Source: Flavobacteriaceae bacterium (GTDB lineage: Bacteria; Bacteroidota; Bacteroidia; Flavobacteriales; Flavobacteriaceae). Taken from it: a stretch of 59,965 nt of DNA. The stretch spans positions 1 through 59,965 of the forward strand of contig JAWUYQ010000068.1 in NCBI GenBank assembly GCA_034110725.1, written 5' to 3'. Every line of letters starts with the position of its first letter. Positions within the stretch are counted from its first letter, which is position 1. Position numbers and translations under genes: made by a program. Of the stretch, positions 18,950 to 29,203 are shown piece by piece. The notes under the pieces are model-generated. The model searched no databases. It saw nothing but the letters and a program-made list of their open reading frames with translations, and was not told where the DNA came from.

Positions 18950-20272
18950 TTATTTTTTCTTTTCTTCTTTTTTAGGAAGGTATTCTAATAGCGCTCTTTG
19001 ATTTGGATTTAAATATTTTTTAGCGATGTCTCTAATTTCTTCTCTAGTAATAGATTTGTAAATTTCAATTTCATTGTTAATTAAATTGATATCGCCATAT
19101 AACATATAATATTTAGCTAAAGAGTTAGCGATACCTTCGATACTTGCGTTAGAATTTACAAACTGATTTTCATATTTGTTTTGTAATTTTTCAAATTCTC
19201 TTTCAGTAATTAACTCTGTTTGAATTTTTACAATTTCTTCGTCAATCTCTGTTACTAAATCTTCTAATTTAGTATCACCAAGAGGCATTCCGTAAGTTAG
19301 GTACATACCATAGTCTTCTTGGCTTACATTAAAAGAACCAACCTGATAAGCCATTTTTTTCTCATCAACTAATTTCTTGTATAATCGAGAGCTTTTCCCA
19401 TCACTTAAAACAGTAGAAACCATATTTAAAATATAAGCATCTCTAGTTTTCATAGAAGGAGTTCTGTATGCAGAAACAATAGCAGGGATTTGAATATTAG
19501 GGTCGTTATAAGTTCCTTTAATTTCTTTAGTTATCGGAGCTTCTTTGATGTTTACTTTAGTTACAGCTTTTCCTTTAGGGATGCTTCCAAAGTAGTCGTT
19601 AATCATTTTTTTAGTTTTCTTAACATCTAAATCACCAGCTACAACTAATACAGCATTGTTAGGTACATAGAATTTTTTGTTAAAAGCTTGAAATTCTTCT
19701 AAAGTAGAAGCATCTAAATGATCCATTGATCCGATGGTTGCCCAACGGTATGGGTGCTCAGTGAAGATTAACTTTTTGATTTCTGCCATGAAACTTCCGT
19801 AAGGGGAGTTGTCCACACGTAATCTTTTTTCTTCTTTTACAACTTCATTTTGAGTGTCAACACCAATTTGCTCAATTACAGGGTGAAGCATTCTTTCAGA
19901 TTCCATCCATAAGCCTAACTCTAAATTGTTAGAAGGGAAAACCTCATAGTAATATGTTCTGTCATCAGAAGTGTTGGCGTTTACTTTTCCACCATTAGCA
20001 GAAACAATGCCCATCCATTCACCTCTCCCGATGTTTTCAGTACCTTCAAATAATAAATGCTCAAAAAAGTGAGCGAATCCTGTTCTTTCAGGGTTTTCGT
20101 CTTTTGCACCTACATGGTACATTACAGATGTTGTTACAACTGGGGCTGCATTGTCTTGGTGTAGAACTACATGCAAACCATTGTCTAGGTCATACTCTTC
20201 AAAAGTTACTTTTTGCGCCATAATAGATACAGGTAAAAGTAATGAAGCGAGATAAATAATGCTTTTCTTCAT
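18950..20272 (-). CDS. M16 family zinc peptidase (pitrilysin-like, catalytic)
   Basis: Signal peptide and the inverted zinc motif HFFEHLLFEG. Confidence 0.9.
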   Translation of the reverse strand: MKKSIIYLASLLLPVSIMAQKVTFEEYDLDNGLHVVLHQDNAAPVVTTSVMYHVGAKDENPERTGFAHFFEHLLFEGTENIGRGEWMGIVSANGGKVNANTSDDRTYYYEVFPSNNLELGLWMESERMLHPVIEQIGVDTQNEVVKEEKRLRVDNSPYGSFMAEIKKLIFTEHPYRWATIGSMDHLDASTLEEFQAFNKKFYVPNNAVLVVAGDLDVKKTKKMINDYFGSIPKGKAVTKVNIKEAPITKEIKGTYNDPNIQIPAIVSAYRTPSMKTRDAYILNMVSTVLSDGKSSRLYKKLVDEKKMAYQVGSFNVSQEDYGMYLTYGMPLGDTKLEDLVTEIDEEIVKIQTELITEREFEKLQNKYENQFVNSNASIEGIANSLAKYYMLYGDINLINNEIEIYKSITREEIRDIAKKYLNPNQRALLEYLPKKEEKKK

Positions 20273-20457
20273 TAGAATTTTAATTAATTTTTTAAAAGTT
20301 ATAGGGTTTGACGCCTAAGTTGGGTTTTTGTTACATAAATAGAGAGCAAATATAATAATTGAATGTGAAAATGTTTAACTGATGACCTATGATGTTTATT
20401 TAAAGGGATACTTAATCTTTTGTGAATACAATTGTGAATGATTATCTTCGTTTTTAT

Positions 20458-21153
20458 ATGAGAAAAATATTTTGTTTTATAGCGCTACTTTATAGTCTTG
20501 TGCTTTTCTCTCAAGTAGAGGATGTGGAAGCCAAAATTGACGACCCTAAGTATAGAGAAGATCAGTTTTATGTAGGTATATCGTATAATTTTTTAGAAAA
20601 CAAACCCGTTGGTATGTCTCAACAAGGGCTTTCAGGAGGTTTGCATGTTGGTTTTATTAGAGATTTCCCTATAAATAAACAGCGGAATATAGCATTTGGT
20701 ATTGGTTTAGGGTATTCTAATAATTCATACAATCATAATTTGTTTGTAAAAGAAGAAAACAGTGGAGTCTCATATGAAATATTAAATAAAGATGTAGTTG
20801 GATTTAGTAAGAATAAATTGAATCTACATATTGCTGAAATACCATTACAGTTCAGGTGGCGAACATCTACAGCCGAAAATTATAAATTTTGGAGAGTTTA
20901 TACTGGAATAAAAATTGGGTATGTATTTAATAGTATTGTAAAATATAAAGGTGGTTTAGGTGATTTTAAACAAAATAATACTCATCACTTAAACAGATTT
21001 AGAACAACGGCAGATATTAGTTTTGGCTGGAATACTTGGAATTTTTATGTTGCATATAGTTTAAACAGCCTTTTCTCAGAAGAGGCAATGGTAAATGGAG
21101 AAGCTATCGATGTTACAGAAATTAAGTTTGGATTGATGTTTTACCTTTTTTAA
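20458..21153 (+). CDS. outer-membrane beta-barrel (PorT/porin-family-like) protein
   Basis: Signal peptide (MRKIFCFIALLYSLVLFSQ), alternating beta-strand pattern and an aromatic C-terminus (MFYLF). The start at 20458 is preferred over the GTG at 20422. Confidence 0.6.
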   Translation: MRKIFCFIALLYSLVLFSQVEDVEAKIDDPKYREDQFYVGISYNFLENKPVGMSQQGLSGGLHVGFIRDFPINKQRNIAFGIGLGYSNNSYNHNLFVKEENSGVSYEILNKDVVGFSKNKLNLHIAEIPLQFRWRTSTAENYKFWRVYTGIKIGYVFNSIVKYKGGLGDFKQNNTHHLNRFRTTADISFGWNTWNFYVAYSLNSLFSEEAMVNGEAIDVTEIKFGLMFYLF

Positions 21154-21228
21154 TACGCCAGTGGCTTATATAAAGTCATATGTTTTATTCTTATGAATTG
21201 TTATGTGGAGTTTCAAATGAAAGACTGT

Positions 21229-21834
21229 TTAAACCCAATACATCATCATCATGAATTGAGGTGATAAACCTGCTATAAAGCCAATAATTAATTCAAGAGT
21301 AGTATGTGCTTTTAAATGAAGTCTAGAAGTAGCTATTAGTCCGTTAGATAAAATTAAAAAGCCAATTCCTAGGATTAAGTTTAATTGAAAATGAATACTT
21401 AATGCAATCACGAACATTGTTAATCCGCTTATTGCGGCAGTATGTAAACTAGCTTTGTAATTCAGGTAGCTTAAAATTAAAAATGTAATACTTGTGAAGC
21501 TAATTCCTGCAAAAAAATAATGGAGTTCAATATCCATGCTCTCCGTAAACACATATTGAGTAATATATAAATTCAATACAACAGCTATTAGGTAAGGGAA
21601 TCTGCGTTCCTTTATCTTTTCAAGCATTAATGATGAAGCAAATTGTAGTTTTTTTAGAACCCTAAATATTAAGAGAGGGATTATTATTGTAAGGATGAAT
21701 AACTGTATTGCTCTACTTTGAATATATTCACCGGTATAGTAATTATAGGTTAAGCTATAAAAAATGCATATTCCAAAAAAAGGTAGGAATAGTGGGTGGA
21801 AAATATAGGAAACAGATTTTAAAAATTTATCCAA
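21229..21834 (-). CDS. polytopic membrane protein (possibly a degenerate PAP2-like protein)
   Basis: About 6 TM helices. SRLHLKAHTTLE loosely resembles the PAP2 SRxxxxxHxxxD motif. It starts 2 nt after rpoN. Confidence 0.45.
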   Translation of the reverse strand: MDKFLKSVSYIFHPLFLPFFGICIFYSLTYNYYTGEYIQSRAIQLFILTIIIPLLIFRVLKKLQFASSLMLEKIKERRFPYLIAVVLNLYITQYVFTESMDIELHYFFAGISFTSITFLILSYLNYKASLHTAAISGLTMFVIALSIHFQLNLILGIGFLILSNGLIATSRLHLKAHTTLELIIGFIAGLSPQFMMMMYWV

Positions 21835-21836
21835 GA

Positions 21837-23291
21837 TTATATTTTTTTTCGTAAACGAGCAACAGGAATGTCTAATTGTTCTCTGTATTTTGCGATAGTT
21901 CTTCTTGCAATAGGATAGCCTTTTTCTTTTAGAAGCTTAGCTAGCTTTTCATCGGTTAATGGTTTTTTCTTGTCCTCTGCATCGACTATAGTTTCTAGTA
22001 TTTTTTTAATTTCTCTTGTAGAAACATCTTCCCCTTTGTCGTTTTTCATGGCTTCAGAGAAAAATTCTTTAATGAGCTTAGTTCCGTAAGGAGTGTCAAC
22101 ATATTTGCTATTTGCTACTCTAGATACAGTAGAAATATCCATGTTGATTTCATCAGCAATATCTTTAAGAATCATTGGTTTTAAATCCATTTCATCACCA
22201 CTAAGTAAAAATGCTTCTTGATAATACATAATAGCGGACATGGTTACAAATAGTGTTTGTTGACGTTGCTTAATTGCGTCAATAAACCATTTAGCAGCAT
22301 CAAGTTTTTGTTTTATAAACTGAACTGCATCTTTTTGTGATTTAGTTTTATTTTTGCTTTCCTTATATCCTTTCAGCATATTGCTGTATTCATTGGAAAT
22401 GTGTAATTCAGGTGCGTTACGACCATTCAAAGTAAGCTCCAGTTTTCCGTCAATAATTTTAATACCAAAATCGGGTACTACATGCTCGGTAATTCTATTA
22501 TTCCCGGTATAGCCTCCTCCTGGTTTAGGATTCAGTTTTTCTACTTCAAGAATAGCATCTTTTAAGTCTTCTTCTGATATATTGAATTTCTTAAGTAATT
22601 TTTTATAATGCTTTTTAGCAAACTGATCAAAGGCTTCATCAATAATGCTGATTGCTGTTGCTACGGCTTTTTCTTTTGGTTTTTGTTTTAATTGCAGAAG
22701 TAGGCATTCCTGTAAACTTCTAGCTCCAACACCAGTTGGTTCTAATGTATGGATGATATTTAGTACATTTAATACTTCTTCATCGGTTGTATAAACACCT
22801 TGAGTAAATGCTAAATCGTCAACTATGTCAGATACTTCTCTTCTTATATATCCGTTGTCATTAATACTTCCAACCAAGAATTCGGCAATTAAATATTCTT
22901 GTTCGTTTAAACGGAAAGTATTTAATTGGTTGATTAAGTGCTGTGTAAAAGTCATTCCTGCAGCATAAGGAACACTTTTGTCTTCATCATCTGCACTATA
23001 ATTATTTGCTTGTAGTCTATAACTTGGTGTTTCGTCATCACTCAAATACTCATCAATATTAATATCGTCAGTATTTATAGTCTCATTGTCGTAAGAGTCA
23101 TCATAGGTGTCTTCTTGAAACTCATCTTCATTAGTATCTTCTTTACCATTATCTAAAGCAGGGTTTTCTTCAAGCTCCTGTTTAATTCGTTGTTCAAAAG
23201 CCTGTGTAGGTAATTGAATTAACTTCATCAACTGAATTTGTTGTGGAGATAATTTTTGAGATAATTTAAATTGTAAGTACTGTTTTAACAT
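21837..23291 (-). CDS. rpoN: RNA polymerase sigma-54 factor
   Basis: Gln/Leu-rich region I, an acidic region II, and a C-terminal HTH plus RpoN box (ARRTIAKYRE). Confidence 0.95.
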   Translation of the reverse strand: MLKQYLQFKLSQKLSPQQIQLMKLIQLPTQAFEQRIKQELEENPALDNGKEDTNEDEFQEDTYDDSYDNETINTDDINIDEYLSDDETPSYRLQANNYSADDEDKSVPYAAGMTFTQHLINQLNTFRLNEQEYLIAEFLVGSINDNGYIRREVSDIVDDLAFTQGVYTTDEEVLNVLNIIHTLEPTGVGARSLQECLLLQLKQKPKEKAVATAISIIDEAFDQFAKKHYKKLLKKFNISEEDLKDAILEVEKLNPKPGGGYTGNNRITEHVVPDFGIKIIDGKLELTLNGRNAPELHISNEYSNMLKGYKESKNKTKSQKDAVQFIKQKLDAAKWFIDAIKQRQQTLFVTMSAIMYYQEAFLLSGDEMDLKPMILKDIADEINMDISTVSRVANSKYVDTPYGTKLIKEFFSEAMKNDKGEDVSTREIKKILETIVDAEDKKKPLTDEKLAKLLKEKGYPIARRTIAKYREQLDIPVARLRKKI

Positions 23292-23305
23292 AATATGGTA
23301 AAGAT

Positions 23306-23340
23306 AAAAAAACCTACAAGGTTTTGAAGTCTTGTAGGTT
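23306..23340 (-). terminator. rho-independent terminator after asnS
   Basis: 10-bp stem 23311-23320/23331-23340, followed on the minus strand by a T-run. Confidence 0.6.
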
Positions 23341-23365
23341 AGTTTTATAAAATATTTTTAGAAGC

Positions 23366-24799
23366 CTAAAAAGCTGCGTTCTGAGGTGTTCTAGGGAAAG
23401 GAATTACATCTCTAATGTTACTCATTCCGGTAGCGAACATTACTAAACGTTCAAAACCTAATCCAAAACCAGAGTGTGTTGCGGTACCGTATTTACGTAA
23501 ATCAGTATACCATGATAATTCTTCAGGGTCGATATCTAAAGCTTTCATTTTTTCAAGTAACACATCAAAACGCTCTTCACGTTGTGATCCACCAACCATT
23601 TCTCCAATACCTGGGAATAAAATATCCATAGCACGTACCGTTTTTCCGTCTTCATTTAAGCGCATATAGAACGCCTTTATGTTAGCAGGGTAATCAAACA
23701 ATATTACAGGACATTTAAAGTGTTTTTCAACAAGGAAACGCTCGTGTTCACTTTGTAAGTCAGCTCCCCATTCTTCAATGATATAGTTGAATTTTTTCTT
23801 TTTATTAGGCTTAGAATTTTTTAAGATATCTATAGCTTCTGTATAGCTAACACGTTTAAAGTTGTTATCTGCAACAAAATGTAATTTCTCTGTTAACGAC
23901 ATTTCACTACGATCTTTTTGAGGCTTTGTTTTTTCCTCATCTAACAAGCGTTGATCTAAGAAAGCCAAGTCTTCTTTGTTGTTTTCTAGGATATAAGTGA
24001 TAATAGATTTTAAGAAATCTTCAGCTAAATCCATATTTCCAGCTAGATCCATAAAGGCAACTTCAGGTTCAATCATCCAGAATTCTGATAAGTGACGTGA
24101 AGTGTTAGAGTTTTCAGCTCTAAATGTAGGTCCGAAAGTATATACTTTACCAAGCGACATTGCATAAGTTTCAGCTTCTAACTGTCCAGATACCGTTAAG
24201 TTCGTTTCTTTTCCGAAAAAATCTTTACTATAATCTACAGATCCATCTTCATTTAACGGTGGATTTTTAACATCTAATCCAGTTACTTGAAATATTTCAC
24301 CTGCACCTTCTGCATCACTACCGGTAATGATAGGAGTATGCATGTAGTAAAACCCTTTTTGGTTAAAATATTGATGAATTGCAAATGATAATGACGATCT
24401 TAAACGCTTAACAGCACTAAATGTACTCGTTCTAGTTCTTAAGTGTGCATTTTCTCGTAAGAATTCAAAGCTGTGCTTTTTAGGTTGAATAGGGTAGGTT
24501 TCTGGGTCAGAATCTCCTAATATTTCAATAGTTTTAACTTCTAATTCAACTTTTTGACCTTTTCCTTGGCTTTCAATAAGTATACCTGTTAAAGCAACTG
24601 CTGCTCCAGTAGTAATTCTTCTTAAAGTATCTTCATCGGTTTTTTCAAAATCAACAACACACTGTATGTTGTTAATTGTTGAGCCGTCATTTAAAGCAAT
24701 AAATCTTTTTGCCCTAAATGTTCTTACCCATCCTTTAAGGGTTATTTCTTGTAAAAGTTGTTCTCCTTTTAATAATTCTGAAACTGATGTCGAGTTCAT
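23366..24799 (-). CDS. asnS: asparagine--tRNA ligase
   Basis: N-terminal OB fold and a class IIb core (FRAENSNTSRHLSEFWMIEPE, GFGLGFERL). The length of 477 aa fits AsnRS. Confidence 0.95.
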   Translation of the reverse strand: MNSTSVSELLKGEQLLQEITLKGWVRTFRAKRFIALNDGSTINNIQCVVDFEKTDEDTLRRITTGAAVALTGILIESQGKGQKVELEVKTIEILGDSDPETYPIQPKKHSFEFLRENAHLRTRTSTFSAVKRLRSSLSFAIHQYFNQKGFYYMHTPIITGSDAEGAGEIFQVTGLDVKNPPLNEDGSVDYSKDFFGKETNLTVSGQLEAETYAMSLGKVYTFGPTFRAENSNTSRHLSEFWMIEPEVAFMDLAGNMDLAEDFLKSIITYILENNKEDLAFLDQRLLDEEKTKPQKDRSEMSLTEKLHFVADNNFKRVSYTEAIDILKNSKPNKKKKFNYIIEEWGADLQSEHERFLVEKHFKCPVILFDYPANIKAFYMRLNEDGKTVRAMDILFPGIGEMVGGSQREERFDVLLEKMKALDIDPEELSWYTDLRKYGTATHSGFGLGFERLVMFATGMSNIRDVIPFPRTPQNAAF

Positions 24800-25131
24800 G
24801 TATCTATAATTATTTATGATATAAGTAGTGTTCTTTTGTAAAAACAGATTTTAGTAAAATCAATGCTTTTAAACTGATACACTCTTTTTATTGTCTATAT
24901 CTCTTGTGAAAAAATGTAATTATTAATAAATCTCATTAATCGTTACTATTCGTTTGCAAAGATAATTTTTTATGTGTTTAAAAAAACTTTATTTTCAATT
25001 TCAAATATCACTAAATATAGTGATGTAAAAATACCCAATTTAGGTGAAGTAGTAATCTATAGCGATGTTGTAAATTGCACCCAGCTTATATTAATGACCA
25101 TATTGGTTTATTAAGTAAGTTTTTTTGGGGT

Positions 25132-25161
25132 AAAAACCGTTGGTTCGCTAACGGTTTTTTT
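25132..25161 (-). terminator. rho-independent terminator after the RND/MMPL gene
   Basis: 7-bp stem 25135-25141/25150-25156 with flanking A and T runs, 5 nt beyond the stop codon. Confidence 0.55.
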
Positions 25162-25165
25162 ATGT

Positions 25166-27550
25166 CTATTCCTCACTCTCTTCAGGAATGGGATTGAAAT
25201 TAGGTTCTTTTAATGTGTTCTTGTTTGCAATACTTCTTTCTAATGATAACAGTAATGAAGGTAAAAGTAACAAGTTGGCTAACATAGCCAATAATAACGT
25301 TACTGAAACTAATCCTCCTAAGGCAACGGTGCCTCCAAAACTAGAGATGGTGAATACTGAGAAACCAAAAAATAAAACTATAGAAGTGTAAAACATGCTT
25401 ACTCCGGTTTCTCTCAAGGCTCCGTAAACAGATTTTTTAATCTTCCAATTGTTAGCCTGTAATTCTTGACGATATTTTGCTAAAAAGTGTATCGTGTCAT
25501 CTACGGATATTCCAAAAGCGATACTAAATACTAATATAGTTGATGGTTTTATAGGAACTCCTAAAAATCCCATCAAGCCAGCAGTAATTAACAAGGGTAG
25601 TAGGTTTGGTATTAATGAAACTATAATCATTCTGAATGACCTAAACATATATGCCATGAATAATGAAATGATAACAATTGCTAATCCTAGTGATAAAAAT
25701 AAATTGTCCCTAAGGTATTTTGTTCCTTTTTGAAAAACTAAAGCTTTACCAGTCATAGTTACTTCGTAACGGTCTTCCGGGAATATTTTAGTAATTTTTT
25801 GCTTTAATTGTTCCTCAATAACTTCCATTCGGTCTGTGCTAATATCCTTCATGAACGTAGTTATTCTTGCGTATTGACCTGTGCTATCAGCAAAACTTTT
25901 CATTAAATCATTATCAGTATCTGCATTTTTCGCATATGACAAGATGAAGTTTTTTTCTTGAGAAGTTGGTAGTTGGTAGTATTTTGGATTACCGTTATAG
26001 TATGCTTGTTTGGTGTATTTTACTAACCCAACAAGTGACATTGGTTTTGATAATTCTGGAATTTCGTTAATTGCTTCCTCTAGTTGATTCATGCGCTTAA
26101 GAGTAGCTAATTTCATAACTCCTTTTTTCCGCTTAGTGTCAATCATAAATTCTACTGGCATGATTCCGTCAAATTCTTTTTCAAAAAAGCGAATGTCTCT
26201 AAAAAAACCAGTGTTTTGAGGCATATCTTCTATTAAGCTCCCAGTAACTTTTATGTTAAAAATACCAATCATACTAGCTATTAATAAAATTAATGAACCT
26301 GTATATATTGTAATTCGTTTATATTTTACCATGTGTGCCATCCAGTTTACAAAGCCGTCAATCCATTTTTTGTTTAAATGGTTCAAATGCTTTTGTTTTG
26401 GTAATGGCATGAAACTGTATATAATTGGGATTAATAACAGTGAAAGGATAAAGATCGATAATATACTTAGTGAGGCAACTGTACCGAATTCGCTTAATAA
26501 GTCACTCTTTGTTAAAATAAAAGTTGCAAATCCAGCAGCTGTGGTAACATTAGTCATTAAAGTGGCGTTCCCTATTTTGGTAATTACACGTTGTAGTGAT
26601 TTTGCTTGATTGCCATGTTTTTTAACCTCTGACTGGTATTTGTTTATTAAAAATACACAGTTAGGGATTCCTATAACAATAATCAAGGGAGGGATAATAG
26701 CGGTAAGGACCGTGATTTCATATTGTAGTAATCCTAAGAGACCAAAGGTCCACATAACACCAATTATTACAGTAAATAATGAAATAAAAGTAGCTCTGAA
26801 AGATTTGAAAAACAGGAAGAATATCAATCCAGTAACGAATAAAGCTGCTAATATGAAATAAGCTATTTCGCTAATTATAGTATTAGAGTTTAGAGTTCGG
26901 ATATATGGCATCCCTGAAACTCTAACTGTTAAGTTGTTTTTTTTATTAAAACCCTCTATTTTTGGAATTATAAATTCCTCAATCAATTTCTTTCTTGCGG
27001 GTTTGTTTATAATATCTTTATTAACATATATAAGAGTTCGGAAAGTATTACTTTCCGCATTGTATAATATGTTATTATAAAAAGGGAGTTTATGGTAAAG
27101 AGTGTTTCTTAAATTATCTAGCTCTTTTTGTGTTTTAATATCTTTAGATACTAAAGGTTTCAAGTCAAATTTCTTATCCTTTTCGTTTTTAACTAGGTTT
27201 TGTATTTCACCAACACCTATAACATTTGTAATGTATTTGTGTTTGTTTATTTCTCTCCCTAAATTGTTCCATGCGTTGAATTTTTCAGGTGTAAAAAATG
27301 AATCATCTTTTATCCCTATGACAATCAAGTTTCCTTCATCTCCAAACTTGTCTAGGAAGTTGAAATACTCTTTATTTATTGCATGGTCGTCAGGTAGTAA
27401 ATTTGCTTCAGTGTAAGTGAAACGCATGTGTTTAAACTGACTTGTTAAGCCTATTGTTGCAATAGTGATAAGAATAAGAATAAGAATTCTATTCTTTAAA
27501 ATAATTCGAGCAATAGCTGCCCAAAAACCAACACTAAATAATTTTGTCAT
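25166..27550 (-). CDS. RND-superfamily (MMPL/SSD-type) exporter
   Basis: 794 aa in two repeats, each with one TM, a large loop and a five-TM bundle. This is typical of MMPL-like RND transporters. Confidence 0.8.
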   Translation of the reverse strand: MTKLFSVGFWAAIARIILKNRILILILITIATIGLTSQFKHMRFTYTEANLLPDDHAINKEYFNFLDKFGDEGNLIVIGIKDDSFFTPEKFNAWNNLGREINKHKYITNVIGVGEIQNLVKNEKDKKFDLKPLVSKDIKTQKELDNLRNTLYHKLPFYNNILYNAESNTFRTLIYVNKDIINKPARKKLIEEFIIPKIEGFNKKNNLTVRVSGMPYIRTLNSNTIISEIAYFILAALFVTGLIFFLFFKSFRATFISLFTVIIGVMWTFGLLGLLQYEITVLTAIIPPLIIVIGIPNCVFLINKYQSEVKKHGNQAKSLQRVITKIGNATLMTNVTTAAGFATFILTKSDLLSEFGTVASLSILSIFILSLLLIPIIYSFMPLPKQKHLNHLNKKWIDGFVNWMAHMVKYKRITIYTGSLILLIASMIGIFNIKVTGSLIEDMPQNTGFFRDIRFFEKEFDGIMPVEFMIDTKRKKGVMKLATLKRMNQLEEAINEIPELSKPMSLVGLVKYTKQAYYNGNPKYYQLPTSQEKNFILSYAKNADTDNDLMKSFADSTGQYARITTFMKDISTDRMEVIEEQLKQKITKIFPEDRYEVTMTGKALVFQKGTKYLRDNLFLSLGLAIVIISLFMAYMFRSFRMIIVSLIPNLLPLLITAGLMGFLGVPIKPSTILVFSIAFGISVDDTIHFLAKYRQELQANNWKIKKSVYGALRETGVSMFYTSIVLFFGFSVFTISSFGGTVALGGLVSVTLLLAMLANLLLLPSLLLSLERSIANKNTLKEPNFNPIPEESEE

Positions 27551-27664
27551 AATAGGGTGTAAAAGGAAGCAAAGGTAAAAAAAAGGATGTTAGTTACCAT
27601 TGCGTATAAACATAAAAAAACGACAATTAAGCCGTTTTTAAATATTATGATTATATGAAGGGAA

Positions 27665-28219
27665 TTATACCGTCATGATATCTTTTTCTTTTAATGCGTA
27701 AATTTCATCAATTTTTTTAACAGCTTCATCTGTTAAGGTTTGAACTGATGCTTCAGCGTTCTCCTTCATGTCATCAGAAGCTTCATCTAATTTTTTAATT
27801 TCGTTATTCGCATCTTTTCTCTTGTTTCTAACAACAACTTTTGCATCTTCAGTTTCTCCTTTGGCTTGTTTTGCTAATTCACGCCTTCTCTCTTCAGTAG
27901 GTGCAGGTACGTTAATGATGATAGTTTCACCATTATTCATTGGATTAAACCCAAGGTTAGCATTCATGATTGCCTTTTCAATTTCGTGCAATAAGTTTTT
28001 TTCCCATGGCTGTACAGTAATAGTTCTTGCGTCAGGAGTATTTACGTTAGCTACTTGTGATAAAATGGTGGCAGAACCATAATAATCAACTTTAACACTA
28101 CTTAGCATTGCTGGAGATGCTTTTCCGGCTCTAATAATACGCAATTGTTTTTCTAAATGCATAATTGCATTATCCATTCCTTCTTTTGCGCTGTCTATAA
28201 TGAAGTTAATTTCTTCCAT
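27665..28219 (-). CDS. frr: ribosome recycling factor
   Basis: 184 aa with the canonical RRF sequence (LRIIRAGKASPAML..V.YYG..T.L.Q.A). Confidence 0.95.
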   Translation of the reverse strand: MEEINFIIDSAKEGMDNAIMHLEKQLRIIRAGKASPAMLSSVKVDYYGSATILSQVANVNTPDARTITVQPWEKNLLHEIEKAIMNANLGFNPMNNGETIIINVPAPTEERRRELAKQAKGETEDAKVVVRNKRKDANNEIKKLDEASDDMKENAEASVQTLTDEAVKKIDEIYALKEKDIMTV

Positions 28220-28325
28220 AAAGTTAAATTTTCACCCGTTTTTGTGGGTTGATTATTCAAAGTTTTTTTGCCTTGAGTAAAAGTATTAATTATTTGTGTT
28301 AATTCAATAACTAAGCGAAATATTT

Positions 28326-29033
28326 TTAGTTGCTTACTTTCGTTCCTATTTGATCACCAGAAACTACCTTTAATAGATTTCCCTTCGTGTTCATATCAAA
28401 AACAACAATTGGCAAGTTATTTTCTTGACTTAAAGTAAAAGCAGTCATGTCCATTACTTTTAGGCCTTTTTTGATAACATCATCAAATGTGATGAAATCA
28501 TACTTTGTTGCATTAGGATTTTTTTCAGGGTCTTCACTGTAGATTCCATCTACGCGAGTTCCTTTTAGGATTACATCAGCACCTATTTCAATAGCACGTA
28601 ATACTGCTGCTGAATCAGTAGTGAAATACGGATTTCCTGTTCCAGAACCAAAAATCACAACTCTCCCTTTTTCAAGGTGTCTTGTTGCTTTTCTTTTAAT
28701 ATATGGTTCTGCAATAGCTTCAATTTTTATAGCCGTCTGTAGTCTTGTTTGTATATCGGCATCTTCCAATGCACTCTGTAGAGCTAGTCCATTTATTACA
28801 GTAGCTAACATTCCCATGTAGTCACCTTGAACACGATCCATTCCGTTACTTGCTCCTGCAACACCTCTAAAAATGTTTCCTCCACCAATAACGATTGCTA
28901 CTTCTACGCCTTTTTCTACTAATTCTTTTATATCTTGAGCGTACTCTGCTAATCTTTTTGGATCAATACCATATTGACGTTCACCCATTAAGGCTTCTCC
29001 TGATAGTTTTAAAAGTATTCTTTTGTAGTACAT
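28326..29033 (-). CDS. pyrH: UMP kinase
   Basis: [13 protein letters not shown]...GGGNIFRG motifs. The start at the internal ATG (29033) is preferred over the tracked 29081. Confidence 0.95.
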   Translation of the reverse strand: MYYKRILLKLSGEALMGERQYGIDPKRLAEYAQDIKELVEKGVEVAIVIGGGNIFRGVAGASNGMDRVQGDYMGMLATVINGLALQSALEDADIQTRLQTAIKIEAIAEPYIKRKATRHLEKGRVVIFGSGTGNPYFTTDSAAVLRAIEIGADVILKGTRVDGIYSEDPEKNPNATKYDFITFDDVIKKGLKVMDMTAFTLSQENNLPIVVFDMNTKGNLLKVVSGDQIGTKVSN

Positions 29034-29148
29034 AGTTGTGAATGATTTCTGCAAATATACATTTGAATTCCTTTTTTTCAATAATTATGACAAATAATTA
29101 AGTATAATGGTCTTATTAATTGCGTTATTGTTTTTAATGCTGTTGCAT

Positions 29149-29179
29149 AAAAAAGCTTCTCATTTCTGAGAAGCTTTTT
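29149..29179 (-). terminator. rho-independent terminator after tsf
   Basis: 10-bp stem 29153-29162/29167-29176 with flanking A and T runs. Confidence 0.7.
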
Positions 29180-29203
29180 ATATTTTGAATTACAAAAAAG
29201 TAC

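Noticed and set aside
25003-25030. Hairpin ATCACTA-AATA-TAGTGAT in the asnS upstream region as a possible sRNA or terminator
   Set aside because: It is a 7-bp AT-rich stem with no adjacent T-run or promoter box. It cannot be distinguished from chance in this composition.
25188-27416. Series of 67-118-aa + strand ORFs inside the RND/MMPL gene
   Set aside because: All are antisense to a continuous 794-aa transporter ORF with a coherent TM architecture. Their translations are low-complexity.
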